NCBI GenBank assembly: GCA_965263035.1
Contig: OZ253580.1
Span: 6,048,001 to 6,112,000 of the forward strand
Direction of reading: 5' to 3'
DNA length: 64,000 nt
Source of the DNA: Acidobacteriota bacterium
GTDB taxonomy: Bacteria > Acidobacteriota > UBA6911 > RPQK01 > JAJDTT01
Part shown: positions 19,491 to 28,978 of the stretch, piece by piece
Numbering within the stretch: the stretch's first letter is position 1
Layout of the letters: each line of letters starts with the position of its first letter
Notes under the pieces: generated by a model
The model's input: only the letters and a program-made list of their open reading frames with translations
The model's database searches: none
Told to the model about the DNA's origin: nothing
Made by a program: the position numbers and the translations under genes

Positions 19491-19660
19491 AATGGGGCCG
19501 TCCGGGTCGCTCATGAGCGACCCGGACGGCGGTGGCTGGACCGTACCGCCGCGGACTGTTACGAACCGTATGGGAGTGAGGTCGGCCACCGTCTTTCCCG
19601 ATGTCCTGAATGGATACGAGGGCATCAAGGCCCGAATGACAAGCACAGGAGACAGGAAAG
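19491..19660 (+). ncRNA. IS110 bridge RNA (5' hairpin, target-binding loop, donor-binding loop)
   Basis: Hairpin GCCGTCCGGGTCGCTC-AT-GAGCGACCCGGACGGC. Target loop holds ACCGCCGC (19545-52) and ATGGGAG (19570-76); donor loop holds ATGGATAC (19610-17) and GACAAG (19638-43). Confidence 0.85.
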
Positions 19661-20608
19661 ATGAAACAGCATACCGTAGGCATCGACATCTCGAAAGCGC
19701 ACCTGGACGCGCACCGGCTGGCCGACGGCCATTCCGCCCAGTTCGACAATGACCCGGCCGGCTTCCGGGCGCTGATTGATTGGATCGGAACTCCGGTCGA
19801 GTGCGTCGCGTACGAGGCCACCGGTCCCTACCACCGGGACCTCGAGGAAGCGCTGTCCAAAGCGAAGCTGCCGCTGGCGAAGGTGAACCCCTGGCAGGCG
19901 CGGCGCTTCGCCGAGGCGACCGGGAGCCGCGCCAAGACCGACGCCGTAGACGCTCGGAAACTGGCCCAGCTGGCCGCCACGCTGGAGCCGCGCCGGACCC
20001 AGGTGCCGTCCAAAACGCAACGCCGGCTCCAGGATCTGCAGACGTCCCGGGACGCGCTGATGCGCCAGCGCACGGCCGCGCTCAACCGCCGCCGACAGCT
20101 CCGCGAACCCCTGCTCAAACAGCAGAACCAGATCCAGATCAACATGTTCGAGCGCCACCTGCGCGCCATCGACCGCAAAATGCAGCAGCTGATTGCGGCC
20201 GACGAGGCGCGGGCCCGCAAGTTGGAGATCCTCACCTCCATCCCGGGGATCGCGGCCACCACCGCCGCCGGTCTGCTGGCCGAGATGCCCGAGCTGGGCG
20301 CCCTCAGCGGCAAGGCCGCCGCCAGTCTGGCCGGGTTGGCCGCCGTTCCGCGCGAGTCGGGGGCTTGGCAGGGCCGGGCCTTCATCCGGGGCGGACGGGC
20401 GCGGGCGCGACGGCTCCTGTACATGCCGGCGGTGGCCGCCCTGCGTTGGAACCCCGACTTGGCCGAGGTGTACCGGAGGCTGAGCGAGCGCGGCAAGCCC
20501 GGCAAGGTGGCCCTCGTCGCCGTCATGCGCAAGCTTATCGTCCTGGCCAACACCCTCGTCCGGCAGGACCGCACCTGGTTGCCCGTAGCGCCCCGAGCGA
20601 CCTTCTGA
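19661..20608 (+). CDS. IS110 family transposase/recombinase (DEDD RuvC-like plus Tnp20 domain)
   Basis: VGIDISK, YEATG, AKTDAVDA, SIPGIA, LAGLAAVPRESG, GGRARAR..LYM, KVALVAVMRKL. Confidence 0.95.
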   Translation: MKQHTVGIDISKAHLDAHRLADGHSAQFDNDPAGFRALIDWIGTPVECVAYEATGPYHRDLEEALSKAKLPLAKVNPWQARRFAEATGSRAKTDAVDARKLAQLAATLEPRRTQVPSKTQRRLQDLQTSRDALMRQRTAALNRRRQLREPLLKQQNQIQINMFERHLRAIDRKMQQLIAADEARARKLEILTSIPGIAATTAAGLLAEMPELGALSGKAAASLAGLAAVPRESGAWQGRAFIRGGRARARRLLYMPAVAALRWNPDLAEVYRRLSERGKPGKVALVAVMRKLIVLANTLVRQDRTWLPVAPRATF

Positions 20609-21092
20609 GGCCACGGAGAAACCCCGTGAGGAAAGGGAGCGTGTGGACCCCCTGATGGCCGTCTGTCGAACTTCCGGTCAAGTCTGGCCGGAAGCTTGCT
20701 TACGGCCATGAAAGCTCTTCACGCCCTGGGGAGCGCCGGGTCACCCGAAGGGTCGCAGCGAAGCGGAGGAGCCGGAGGCTTGACCCGACGCTCCCCAGGG
20801 CGTATCCGGACCTCCCGGAGGACTGACGTCGACGATCTCAGGTCCCTCGATCCAGTTATCGGTCCACTCATCGCCCCCTGCACGGCGCCCGGCGGATCCA
20901 GCTCGATCTCCGCCTCACCTCCGGCGGAAGAACGCTCCTCCTAACCCTGTGCCCTTTGGACCGGACAGATCACGTACTAACGACACGGGATGGAAACACC
21001 GATTAGCACCCACCACTTGCAACATGGATACTCCCGTTCGGCGTTTGGAAAACCGCCGCTCCCAAGGAGATTGCCGTATTCTGGGACCGGTA

Positions 21093-24089
21093 ATGCTCCG
21101 ATTACGAGACCTCTTCCTGGTTTTGATCTGGCCCGTGCTGGGCCTGGCCTGCCATTTGGCGCCGGACACGGGCATCAACAACACCGACCTGGAGTTCGCC
21201 CTGGCGGGCCCGTTTCAGTTGGACACCATCGCCTCCGAGCCGGAGATCCGGCAACCGCTGTACATGACCTTCGACGAACGGGGGCGGATCTGGGTGGTTC
21301 AGTATCTCCAGTATCCCTTCCCCGCCGGCTTGAAGGTCGTTTCCCATGACCGCTTCTGGCGCGTCCAATACGACCGCTTTCCGCCCCCGCCGCCACCCGG
21401 CCATATCCCGGGCCGGGACCGGGTCACCATCCTGGAAGACCGGGACGGCGACGGCCGCTACGAGACTCAGAAGGACTTCGTCACTGGACTGAACATCTGC
21501 AGCGCGGCACTGCCCGGGCGCGGCGGCGTCTGGGTGCTGAATCCCCCGTATCTGCTCTTCTACCCGGACGCGGACCGGGACGACGTGCCCGACGGCCCCC
21601 CTGCGGTGCACCTGGAAGGCTTCGGCCTGGAGGACCTCCACTCCGTCTCCAACAGCCTGCTCTGGGGACCGGACGGCTGGCTCTACGGCTGCACCGGAAG
21701 CACCACCACGGCCACCATCCGCCACCCCGGCAAGGAGGGGCCGGGGCTCCACTTCAAGGGACAATCCATCTGGCGCTACCATCCCGGGAAACAGATCTTC
21801 GAGCTCTTCGCCGAGGGCGGGTACAACAATTTCGGCCTCGCCATGGACGCCAAGGGACGACTCTATACCGGCACCAATGGAAGCCTCATCGGCGTCCACT
21901 ACGTTCAAGGGGGCTACTATCGAAAGACCTGGGGCAAGCACGGCCCCCTGACCAACCCGTATGCCTTTGGTTTCTTTCCGGCCATGGAGGATCACAGCAG
22001 CAAGGCGAGGCTCTCCCAGGCCATGATCGTCTACGACGGGGGACAACTGCCCGACGCCTACGAGGGCACGCTGATCACCGCCCGGGTGCTTCGGCGACGC
22101 CTCGACGTTTGCGACCTGGAGAGCCGGGGCTCCACCTATGCCGCTCGCGAACGGGAAACCATCCTCTCCAGCCCCGACGTTCACTTCCGGCCCGTCGACC
22201 TGAAGGCAGGCCCGGACGGCGCCATCTACATTGCGGACTGGTACGACCGGAACGTGACCTGGAACGTCTCCGCCGAGAACGACGGGACCGACCGGTCCAC
22301 CGGACGAATCTACCGCCTCGGCCGCACCGGAACGGCACCCGCCGAGCCCTTCGACCTGAGCCTCCTTTCCGGACCGGAGCTCGTCGACCTCCTGTTGACG
22401 GACAACAAATGGCAGCGGCAGATGGCCCAGCGTCTGCTTCGCGAGCGGAAAGACGCTTCCCTGATCCCGCGTCTGGAGAAGCTGCTGGCCACCAGCGCAG
22501 GACAGCCGGCCCTGGAGGCGCTCTGGGCCCTGGGTGCCAGCGGCGGTTTCAGTCTTGAATCGGCACTCCGTTCGCTGGACCACGCAGACCCCTTCGTCCG
22601 CATCTGGACGATCCGACTCCTGGGGGACGACGGAGAGCTGAATCCGCCCCTCCGAAAGAGATTGCAGGTTCTGGCCGCGGACGAGACGCACCCGCAGGTC
22701 CGCAGCCAACTGTCCTCCTCGGTGAAGCGGTTTCCGCTTGCCGACGCGCTTCCCGTCCTGAGCGTCCTCCTGGAAAAATCAGAGGACCTTGCGGACCCGC
22801 ACATCCCGTTGCTGCTCTGGTGGGCCGTGGAGGCGAAACTGCGAGAGGGACCGAATGAGGTGCTGCACTGGGTGCGGCAGCAGATCCCGGCGGCGACGCC
22901 CCTCATGAATCAGGTCATCCTTCCTCGATTGGGACAGCGCTTCACCGTGGAGAGGAACCGAGAGGATCTCGTGACCTGTCACCGGTTGCTGGAACTCGAG
23001 TTGACGCCGGAACAGGTGCGGAGCCTGGCCCAGGGGATGATTCAGGGCCTGAGGGGCGCTCCGCTCGATCGCTGTCCTCCCCGGCTGCTTCGGAAGGTGG
23101 AGCAACTCTCGTCCCGCCTGCCTTCGGAATCCGCGCTGCTGGATCTGGCGATCCGTTTGGGAAGTGCCATGGCCGTCGAGCGTGTTCTGGCACGGTTCGA
23201 AGATCCCTCCCTCACGGAGGAATCCCGAATCGCCTTCATCCACACGCTGGCCGAATGCCGCATCGGCGGGGGGCTGGACCTGCTTTTGGACAGCTTCCGG
23301 CACGGCGCTTCCCCGGAGATCCGTGCGGAGGCTCTGGGGGCGCTGCACGACTTCCCGGAGGAGCGCGTCGCCCACAGCTTGCTGGAGTACTTCCCGGACA
23401 CCGATGCGGAACTTCGGCCCAAGCTCCTTCACCTGCTGGCCTCGCGAGTCTCGTGGGCCCGGCTGCTGCTGGATCGGATCGACTCCGCCCTGATCCCGGA
23501 GACTGCCGCGTCCCGGGGCCTATTGGTTCGAATCGCGAGTCTGGAGGACGAGGAAATCAACCGGCGGCTCTATGGGCGATGGGGCCGAATTCGCCAGAAT
23601 CCCCAAGAGAAGCTGGCCCGGATGTCGGCCGTCCGTTCCATGCTGACACGGGGCCGGAGGTCGTCCGAACTGGGTGCGGACCTCTTCCGAGAACTCTGCT
23701 CCAGCTGTCATCGCTTTCGAGGCGTGGGCACCCAGGTCGGGCCGGACCTCACGCAGATCGATGGCATGGAGCGAGACGCCCTGATGGAAGCCATCGTGGA
23801 CCCGGGAAGCTCCATCCTTCCCGACTTCATGGGATTTGTCCTGACCGTGGACAGGGACGGGACCGGCGCCGAACCTCAGCTCCTGGAGGGCCTGGTGCTG
23901 GAGGAGAACCCGCGCACCACCACTATCGTCGACTCGTCGGGCAGCCAGATTCAGGTGCCCAGCCCCGCCATCCTCCACAAGGAGGCCATGCAGGAGTCGA
24001 TCATGCCCGACGGTCTGCTGCACAACCTGGACGAGGAGCAAATCAGGGACCTGTTCGCCTATCTCCGAGGTCGAGACGGACCCCAGTAG
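21093..24089 (+). CDS. PVC-type heme-binding CxxCH membrane-bound dehydrogenase domain protein
   Basis: ASEPEIRQPLYMTFDERGRIWV, WGPDGWLYG, FRPVDLKAGPDGAIYIADWY, HEAT-like middle region, CSSCH..GPDLT..SIMPDGL. Confidence 0.88.
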   Translation: MLRLRDLFLVLIWPVLGLACHLAPDTGINNTDLEFALAGPFQLDTIASEPEIRQPLYMTFDERGRIWVVQYLQYPFPAGLKVVSHDRFWRVQYDRFPPPPPPGHIPGRDRVTILEDRDGDGRYETQKDFVTGLNICSAALPGRGGVWVLNPPYLLFYPDADRDDVPDGPPAVHLEGFGLEDLHSVSNSLLWGPDGWLYGCTGSTTTATIRHPGKEGPGLHFKGQSIWRYHPGKQIFELFAEGGYNNFGLAMDAKGRLYTGTNGSLIGVHYVQGGYYRKTWGKHGPLTNPYAFGFFPAMEDHSSKARLSQAMIVYDGGQLPDAYEGTLITARVLRRRLDVCDLESRGSTYAARERETILSSPDVHFRPVDLKAGPDGAIYIADWYDRNVTWNVSAENDGTDRSTGRIYRLGRTGTAPAEPFDLSLLSGPELVDLLLTDNKWQRQMAQRLLRERKDASLIPRLEKLLATSAGQPALEALWALGASGGFSLESALRSLDHADPFVRIWTIRLLGDDGELNPPLRKRLQVLAADETHPQVRSQLSSSVKRFPLADALPVLSVLLEKSEDLADPHIPLLLWWAVEAKLREGPNEVLHWVRQQIPAATPLMNQVILPRLGQRFTVERNREDLVTCHRLLELELTPEQVRSLAQGMIQGLRGAPLDRCPPRLLRKVEQLSSRLPSESALLDLAIRLGSAMAVERVLARFEDPSLTEESRIAFIHTLAECRIGGGLDLLLDSFRHGASPEIRAEALGALHDFPEERVAHSLLEYFPDTDAELRPKLLHLLASRVSWARLLLDRIDSALIPETAASRGLLVRIASLEDEEINRRLYGRWGRIRQNPQEKLARMSAVRSMLTRGRRSSELGADLFRELCSSCHRFRGVGTQVGPDLTQIDGMERDALMEAIVDPGSSILPDFMGFVLTVDRDGTGAEPQLLEGLVLEENPRTTTIVDSSGSQIQVPSPAILHKEAMQESIMPDGLLHNLDEEQIRDLFAYLRGRDGPQ

Positions 24090-24230
24090 AAAGGCACTCC
24101 CATGTTTCCAATCAGACCCCGGAAGCAGGACCGGGAGGGATCCCCTACCAGAACCGGCGGCAACCTCCACCCGTCCGGTGGCGCCGAATTCTGCACGCCG
24201 ATCGAAAAAACGGTTTATCCTGATCCAGTT

Positions 24231-25121
24231 ATGCCTCGACCGTCACTGTTGAGCCGCCTGGCCCAGGAGGAGCCCCTCATCTCGGATGGGGCCACCGGAA
24301 CCTACCTCCAGATGCACGGCCTGGAGCCGGGCGGATGTCCCGAAGCGTTCAACGCCGACCACCCCGACATCGTTCGGGGAATGTCCGCCGCTTATGCCGA
24401 TGCGGGATCGGAGATGGTGCTGACCAACTCCTTCGGCGGCAACCGTTTCATGCTCAAGAAATACGGCTACGGCAACCAGATTCACCGTTTCAACAAACTG
24501 GCTGCCCAACTCGCTCGCGAGGGAGCCGGCGGCGACTGCTACGTCGTCGGGGCCATGGGACCCACCGGAGAGTTCTTGGAGCCGCTGGGTGAGGTGAGCG
24601 AACAGGAAATGTACGAAGCCTTTGCCGAGCAGGCCGCTGCCCTGGCCGAGGGGGGCGCCGACGCGATCCTGGCGGAGACCATGACCGCGGCGGAAGAGGC
24701 AACGCTGGCCATCCAGGCCGCCAAGGACGCCACCGGTCTTCCAGTCCTGGTTTCCATGACCTTCGACAAGGGTCTGCGCGGCTATTTCACCATGATGGGG
24801 ATCTCGCCTGAGCAGGCCGTCCTCAAGCTGCATGCCGCGGGCGCCGATGTGGTGGGAACGAACTGCGGCAACGGCATCGAAAGAATGGTGGAGCTCTCCG
24901 ACATCATGCGGGACCTGACCGACCGGCCCCTCCTGGTCCACTCCAACGCGGGAATCCCCAAACTGGTGGACATGAAGATCGTCTACGATGAAGAGCCCCG
25001 CTGGATGGCCAAACGCTTTCGCCACATGGCCGATATGGGTATCAAGATCATCGGTGGCTGCTGCGGCACCACCCCCGAGCATATCCGCGAACTGGTCAAG
25101 GCGGTCCGGCCGGCGGCCTGA
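24231..25121 (+). CDS. Homocysteine S-methyltransferase family protein (stand-alone MetH N-terminal domain)
   Basis: SDGATGT, TNSFG, GTNCG, NAGIP, IIGGCCGTTPEHI. Confidence 0.9.
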   Translation: MPRPSLLSRLAQEEPLISDGATGTYLQMHGLEPGGCPEAFNADHPDIVRGMSAAYADAGSEMVLTNSFGGNRFMLKKYGYGNQIHRFNKLAAQLAREGAGGDCYVVGAMGPTGEFLEPLGEVSEQEMYEAFAEQAAALAEGGADAILAETMTAAEEATLAIQAAKDATGLPVLVSMTFDKGLRGYFTMMGISPEQAVLKLHAAGADVVGTNCGNGIERMVELSDIMRDLTDRPLLVHSNAGIPKLVDMKIVYDEEPRWMAKRFRHMADMGIKIIGGCCGTTPEHIRELVKAVRPAA

Positions 25122-25329
25122 GCGGCTCGGGAGAAGCGGTCTTCAACGTGCATTCCACCCATGACCCACTTGCCGACCCCGGTTTGGTAACGCGGGCGAA
25201 AGCTAAGGAGCGCGTTATCGAAGATTCGGTCAATCAGATGTGCGATACCATCGCTAACACTGAACGTGCAACTCGAGAACCGGCCGTCCGATGCATCTTG
25301 GCCTTCCGACAGATCCTCATTGTTGAGGG

Positions 25330-26418
25330 GTGGATTTAGTGTCTCTATCTCTCTACAAGAAACTAGCGGATATGGCCATCACCAGCCTGGACCTACAGCC
25401 AGGGCAGTTCGTTGAAATCCGTGGCGACGTTGCCATCTGGAAATGTATCGAAGCCGTATCGCTCGCCGTAGAAAAAGCTGAGGCGGTCCCATGCCTCAAC
25501 GTAACCTCGATTGCTCACGAGGCGGAACGCATTCGGACGCTGGCTACCGATTGGCTGCGACGTCCGTCACCGTTTCTAATGGACCTCGCTACCAGGGCTA
25601 CTGCCGCCATCGTCATCGAACGTGACTGGACTCAATTGGTCGCATCTTGTCCTTCCGAGCGACTCAAGGCATGGAACCAAGCTATCGGAGTGCTGGTAAA
25701 CCAACAAGAATCCAGACACGTTCCCTGTTGCATGATCGCGCATCCAGGCGCGCTGCGACAGGATGAGCTCCTGGTCCCCAGAGGGGACATTTATAGCATA
25801 ATTGAGAATGCTATTAACGTGGACATAATCGAATTGGATGAGCGTGTACGATCCGTCAAACAAACCATAGAAAATGGAAGCGTTTTGGACATAAGATCTC
25901 CCAATGGTAGTCGCTTGGAGTGTCAACTTGGCAGCAGACCCGTATTCGAAAACGATGGTCGCCTCCGCGATAATTCCGCTCTGAATCTGCCATTCGGTGC
26001 GATCTCGTTTACCGTGCCGGAAACCACCGTTAAGGGCTCCATTTGTTTTAGACGGTGGAGAAATGTACAGGATCTGACTATTACCTTCGTCGACGGTCGT
26101 ATTTCGGACATTTCGGCGGCCAACAGCCCGAAGGCCTTTGCGGACTTTGTTGGCACACATTCCGGCCACCGCGATCGAATAAGCCACATCGGGATTGGGG
26201 TTAACCCGGGCATCCAATCCTCAACGGGACTTATATCCGTAGATGAATGTAAATCGGGGATGCTGTTCGTTGCTTTGGGAGAAAACAGGTATATGGGTGG
26301 AAAAAATGAATCCACCCTGAATATGGATCTGACATGTCCGGATTCGACGGTGTTTATTGGATCACGATGTATAGTCCGAGACGGACGATTGACACTGGAT
26401 TGCCAAGTCCCTTCCTAG
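25330..26418 (+). CDS. Aminopeptidase M29-like protein (low GC, degenerate metal ligands)
   Basis: LQPGQ..I, NLPFG, IGIGVNP, DE..G..VALGEN..GGKNES..D layout. Confidence 0.6.
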   Translation: MDLVSLSLYKKLADMAITSLDLQPGQFVEIRGDVAIWKCIEAVSLAVEKAEAVPCLNVTSIAHEAERIRTLATDWLRRPSPFLMDLATRATAAIVIERDWTQLVASCPSERLKAWNQAIGVLVNQQESRHVPCCMIAHPGALRQDELLVPRGDIYSIIENAINVDIIELDERVRSVKQTIENGSVLDIRSPNGSRLECQLGSRPVFENDGRLRDNSALNLPFGAISFTVPETTVKGSICFRRWRNVQDLTITFVDGRISDISAANSPKAFADFVGTHSGHRDRISHIGIGVNPGIQSSTGLISVDECKSGMLFVALGENRYMGGKNESTLNMDLTCPDSTVFIGSRCIVRDGRLTLDCQVPS

Positions 26419-26508
26419 GAGTCTGCGCTCGCATCTCCTGACCGTGGTTTTCGGTTAAATTGAGGCGAAGCCTATACCGAGTGGAAACACGCACTAGTTC
26501 CCCGGTTT

Positions 26509-27459
26509 TCAATCCCGAGACTGCGCGTTGATCCGGTTGATGAGGACCGCGCCCAGGATGAGGGCGCCCTGGACCACGTGCTGCCAGTACTCGTTGATGT
26601 TCATCAACGTCATGCCGTTGACCAGGATGCCCAGGAAGATGACGCCCATCAGGGTGCCCCGGATCTTCCCTTCTCCGCCCATGAGGCTGGTGCCGCCGAT
26701 GATGACCGAAGCGATGACGGCCAGTTCCCAACCCCGGGCCGTGGTCGCGGACCCGGACATGATCTGGGCCGACTGCATGATCCCGGCCAGGGCGGCCAGG
26801 CAAGCGACGCTGGCCATCACCAGCACCTTGACCCGTCCCACCCGGATCCCGCTGAGACGGGCCGCTTCCGGGTTTCCTCCCACGGCATAGACGGAGCGTC
26901 CGAACGACGTGTACCCCATGAGGACATGGGTGGTCAGGAAGACCAGCAGGAAGACCAGCGCGGGAAAGGGCACGCCGAAGAGATAGCCCCCGCCGAAGAA
27001 GTTGTACCACTCGGGGAAGGGAGTCAGCGGAAAGCCGCCGGTGATGAGCTCGGCGACTCCCGTCAGCACGGTCATCCAGGCCAGGGTGATGATGAAGCTG
27101 GGAACGGCGAAGCGGACCCGGATCAGGCCCGTCAAGGCTCCGATGCTCATGCCCAGAAGAAGCGTCGAGAACATGGCCAGGGGAAGAGCCACTACCATGG
27201 ACAGCCCCATGGCAGCCAGCCACTGCGCCAGCCAGGCCGTGACGCAACCGGCGAAGGCCACGGCCGATCCCACGCTCAGGTCGATCTCGCCCGAGATGAT
27301 GACCATGGTCATGCCGAAGGCGATGATCCCCGGCATGGAGACGTTCCGCAGAACGTTGAGCAGGTTGACCACGGTAAAGAAGCCCTCCGCCTGAAATGCC
27401 AGCACCAGGCAGAGAACCACCAGGACCAACTCCAGGATGGAGCTTCGGGCCCAGACCAT
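26509..27459 (-). CDS. Sugar ABC transporter permease (RbsC-like)
   Basis: GEIDLSVGS, FGRSVYAVGGNPEAARLSGI, IASVIIGGTSLMGG. Start uncertain. Confidence 0.9.
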   Translation of the reverse strand: MVWARSSILELVLVVLCLVLAFQAEGFFTVVNLLNVLRNVSMPGIIAFGMTMVIISGEIDLSVGSAVAFAGCVTAWLAQWLAAMGLSMVVALPLAMFSTLLLGMSIGALTGLIRVRFAVPSFIITLAWMTVLTGVAELITGGFPLTPFPEWYNFFGGGYLFGVPFPALVFLLVFLTTHVLMGYTSFGRSVYAVGGNPEAARLSGIRVGRVKVLVMASVACLAALAGIMQSAQIMSGSATTARGWELAVIASVIIGGTSLMGGEGKIRGTLMGVIFLGILVNGMTLMNINEYWQHVVQGALILGAVLINRINAQSRD

Positions 27460-27482
27460 CAGTCGGGTAGGGGTCAGCCGGA

Positions 27483-28976
27483 TTACATGCACTGGACGAA
27501 GAGTTGATCGGCGGTCGTGTTTTCGGGCCGGATCTCCTGCTGAATCCGACCGTGCTTCATGACCAGGATACGGTGGCACACCTCCACCAGTTCCTCAAGC
27601 TCGCTGGAGACGAAGAGGATGGCAATCCCCTGGCGGCTCAGGTCCCACATCAGTTGGAAGATCTGCTGCTTGGCCTGGAGATCGATGCCGCGCGTGGGCT
27701 CGTCCAGGAGCAGCACTTGCAAGGCAGTGCCAAGCCACTTGCCCACCACTACCTTCTGCTGGTTGCCGCCGCTCAGCGAAGAGACGGCCTCTTCCACGTC
27801 GGGAGCCTTGATGTGCAAACGATCCACCTGCTCCCGGATCAGCCTCCGCTCCCGCCGCCGACTCAGGAATCCCCGCCTCGAAATCCGGTCCAGACTGGCC
27901 AGACAGAGATTGGACCGGATGCTCTGGGTCTGAATCAGGCCCTCCTGCTTCCGGTCCTCGGGGGCAAATCCGAGACCCAGATCCTTCATCTCAGGTGGAG
28001 AGACTTTACGGCAAGTCCTCTCGGAGAAAAGGATTTCACCGCGATCGAAGGGCAGGGCTCCGAAGACGGCCTTCAGCAACTCGGTGCGTCCCGAGCCCAG
28101 CATGCCGGCGATTCCCAGGATCTCTCCCCGGTGAAGGGTCAGGTCCACGTCCTGGAACTCCTCGCCCCGGGACAATCCCCGGACCTGCAGGACCGGCTCC
28201 CGGCCGGCCAACAGGTCGGCGGGACGCTCCTTCTGCACGGTCTCACCGAACATGTAGTGGACGATCTCTTCGGCCGACGTCTCGGCCATTTCCACAGTCG
28301 CCACGTGATCGCCGTCCCGGAGGACCGTAACCCGGTCGGCGATTTCCCCCAACTCCTGGAGCCGATGGGAGATGTAGAGGATGGCCACGCCCTGCTCCGC
28401 CAGTTGGCGGACCAGCCGGAAGAGGCTCTGGGTCTCGTGGCGGGCCAGTCCCGACGTCGGCTCGTCCAGCATCAAAACCGAGGGCCGGAAGGACATGGCC
28501 TTGGCGATCTCCACCGTCTGCTGCTGAGCGAAGCCCAGCCGGCCCACCGGCTCGTCCACGTCCATCTCCACGTCCATGGTGGCCAGCACGGCACGGGCCC
28601 GCTCGGCGGCCGACGTCCAGTCGATGAAGGGGCCGCGGCTCCGGGGCATGCGTCCCAGGAGGATGTTCTCGGCCACGCTCAACCCCGGCACCAGGCTCAA
28701 CTCCTGGTAGACGGTGGCGATCCCCCGCTGGAAAGCGTCGCCGGGCGATCTGAGCGCCACCGGTTCGCCGTCGAGCAGGACCTGGCCGGCGGTGGGTTGA
28801 GTGGAGCCGGCCAGAATCCGGACCAGCGTGCTCTTCCCGGCGCCGTTCCGGCCGATGAGGGCGTGCACCTTGCCCCCTTCGAACCGCACCCGGACGTCTT
28901 TGAGGGCGACGATTCCCGGATATTCCTTCCGGATTCCGCGGGCTTCGAGCTGGATCGGCTTGGGGACGGGCCTCAC
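27483..28976 (-). CDS. Sugar ABC transporter ATP-binding protein (RbsA-like)
   Basis: GRNGAGKST, LDEPT, LSGGNQQKV, DEPTRGID. Confidence 0.93.
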   Translation of the reverse strand: MRPVPKPIQLEARGIRKEYPGIVALKDVRVRFEGGKVHALIGRNGAGKSTLVRILAGSTQPTAGQVLLDGEPVALRSPGDAFQRGIATVYQELSLVPGLSVAENILLGRMPRSRGPFIDWTSAAERARAVLATMDVEMDVDEPVGRLGFAQQQTVEIAKAMSFRPSVLMLDEPTSGLARHETQSLFRLVRQLAEQGVAILYISHRLQELGEIADRVTVLRDGDHVATVEMAETSAEEIVHYMFGETVQKERPADLLAGREPVLQVRGLSRGEEFQDVDLTLHRGEILGIAGMLGSGRTELLKAVFGALPFDRGEILFSERTCRKVSPPEMKDLGLGFAPEDRKQEGLIQTQSIRSNLCLASLDRISRRGFLSRRRERRLIREQVDRLHIKAPDVEEAVSSLSGGNQQKVVVGKWLGTALQVLLLDEPTRGIDLQAKQQIFQLMWDLSRQGIAILFVSSELEELVEVCHRILVMKHGRIQQEIRPENTTADQLFVQCM

Positions 28977-28978
28977 AA

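Larger units (their letters stand above)
19481..21030 (+). mobile_element. IS110-family insertion sequence inserted in a REP tail (CT core at 19479-19480 and 21031-21032)
   Basis: Removing the element and one CT restores GGCGGCTGGAAACCGCCGCTCCCGTTCGGCG, matching the neighbouring REP unit AGAAACCGCCGCTCCCATTCGGCG. No terminal inverted repeats or TSD. Confidence 0.9.
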
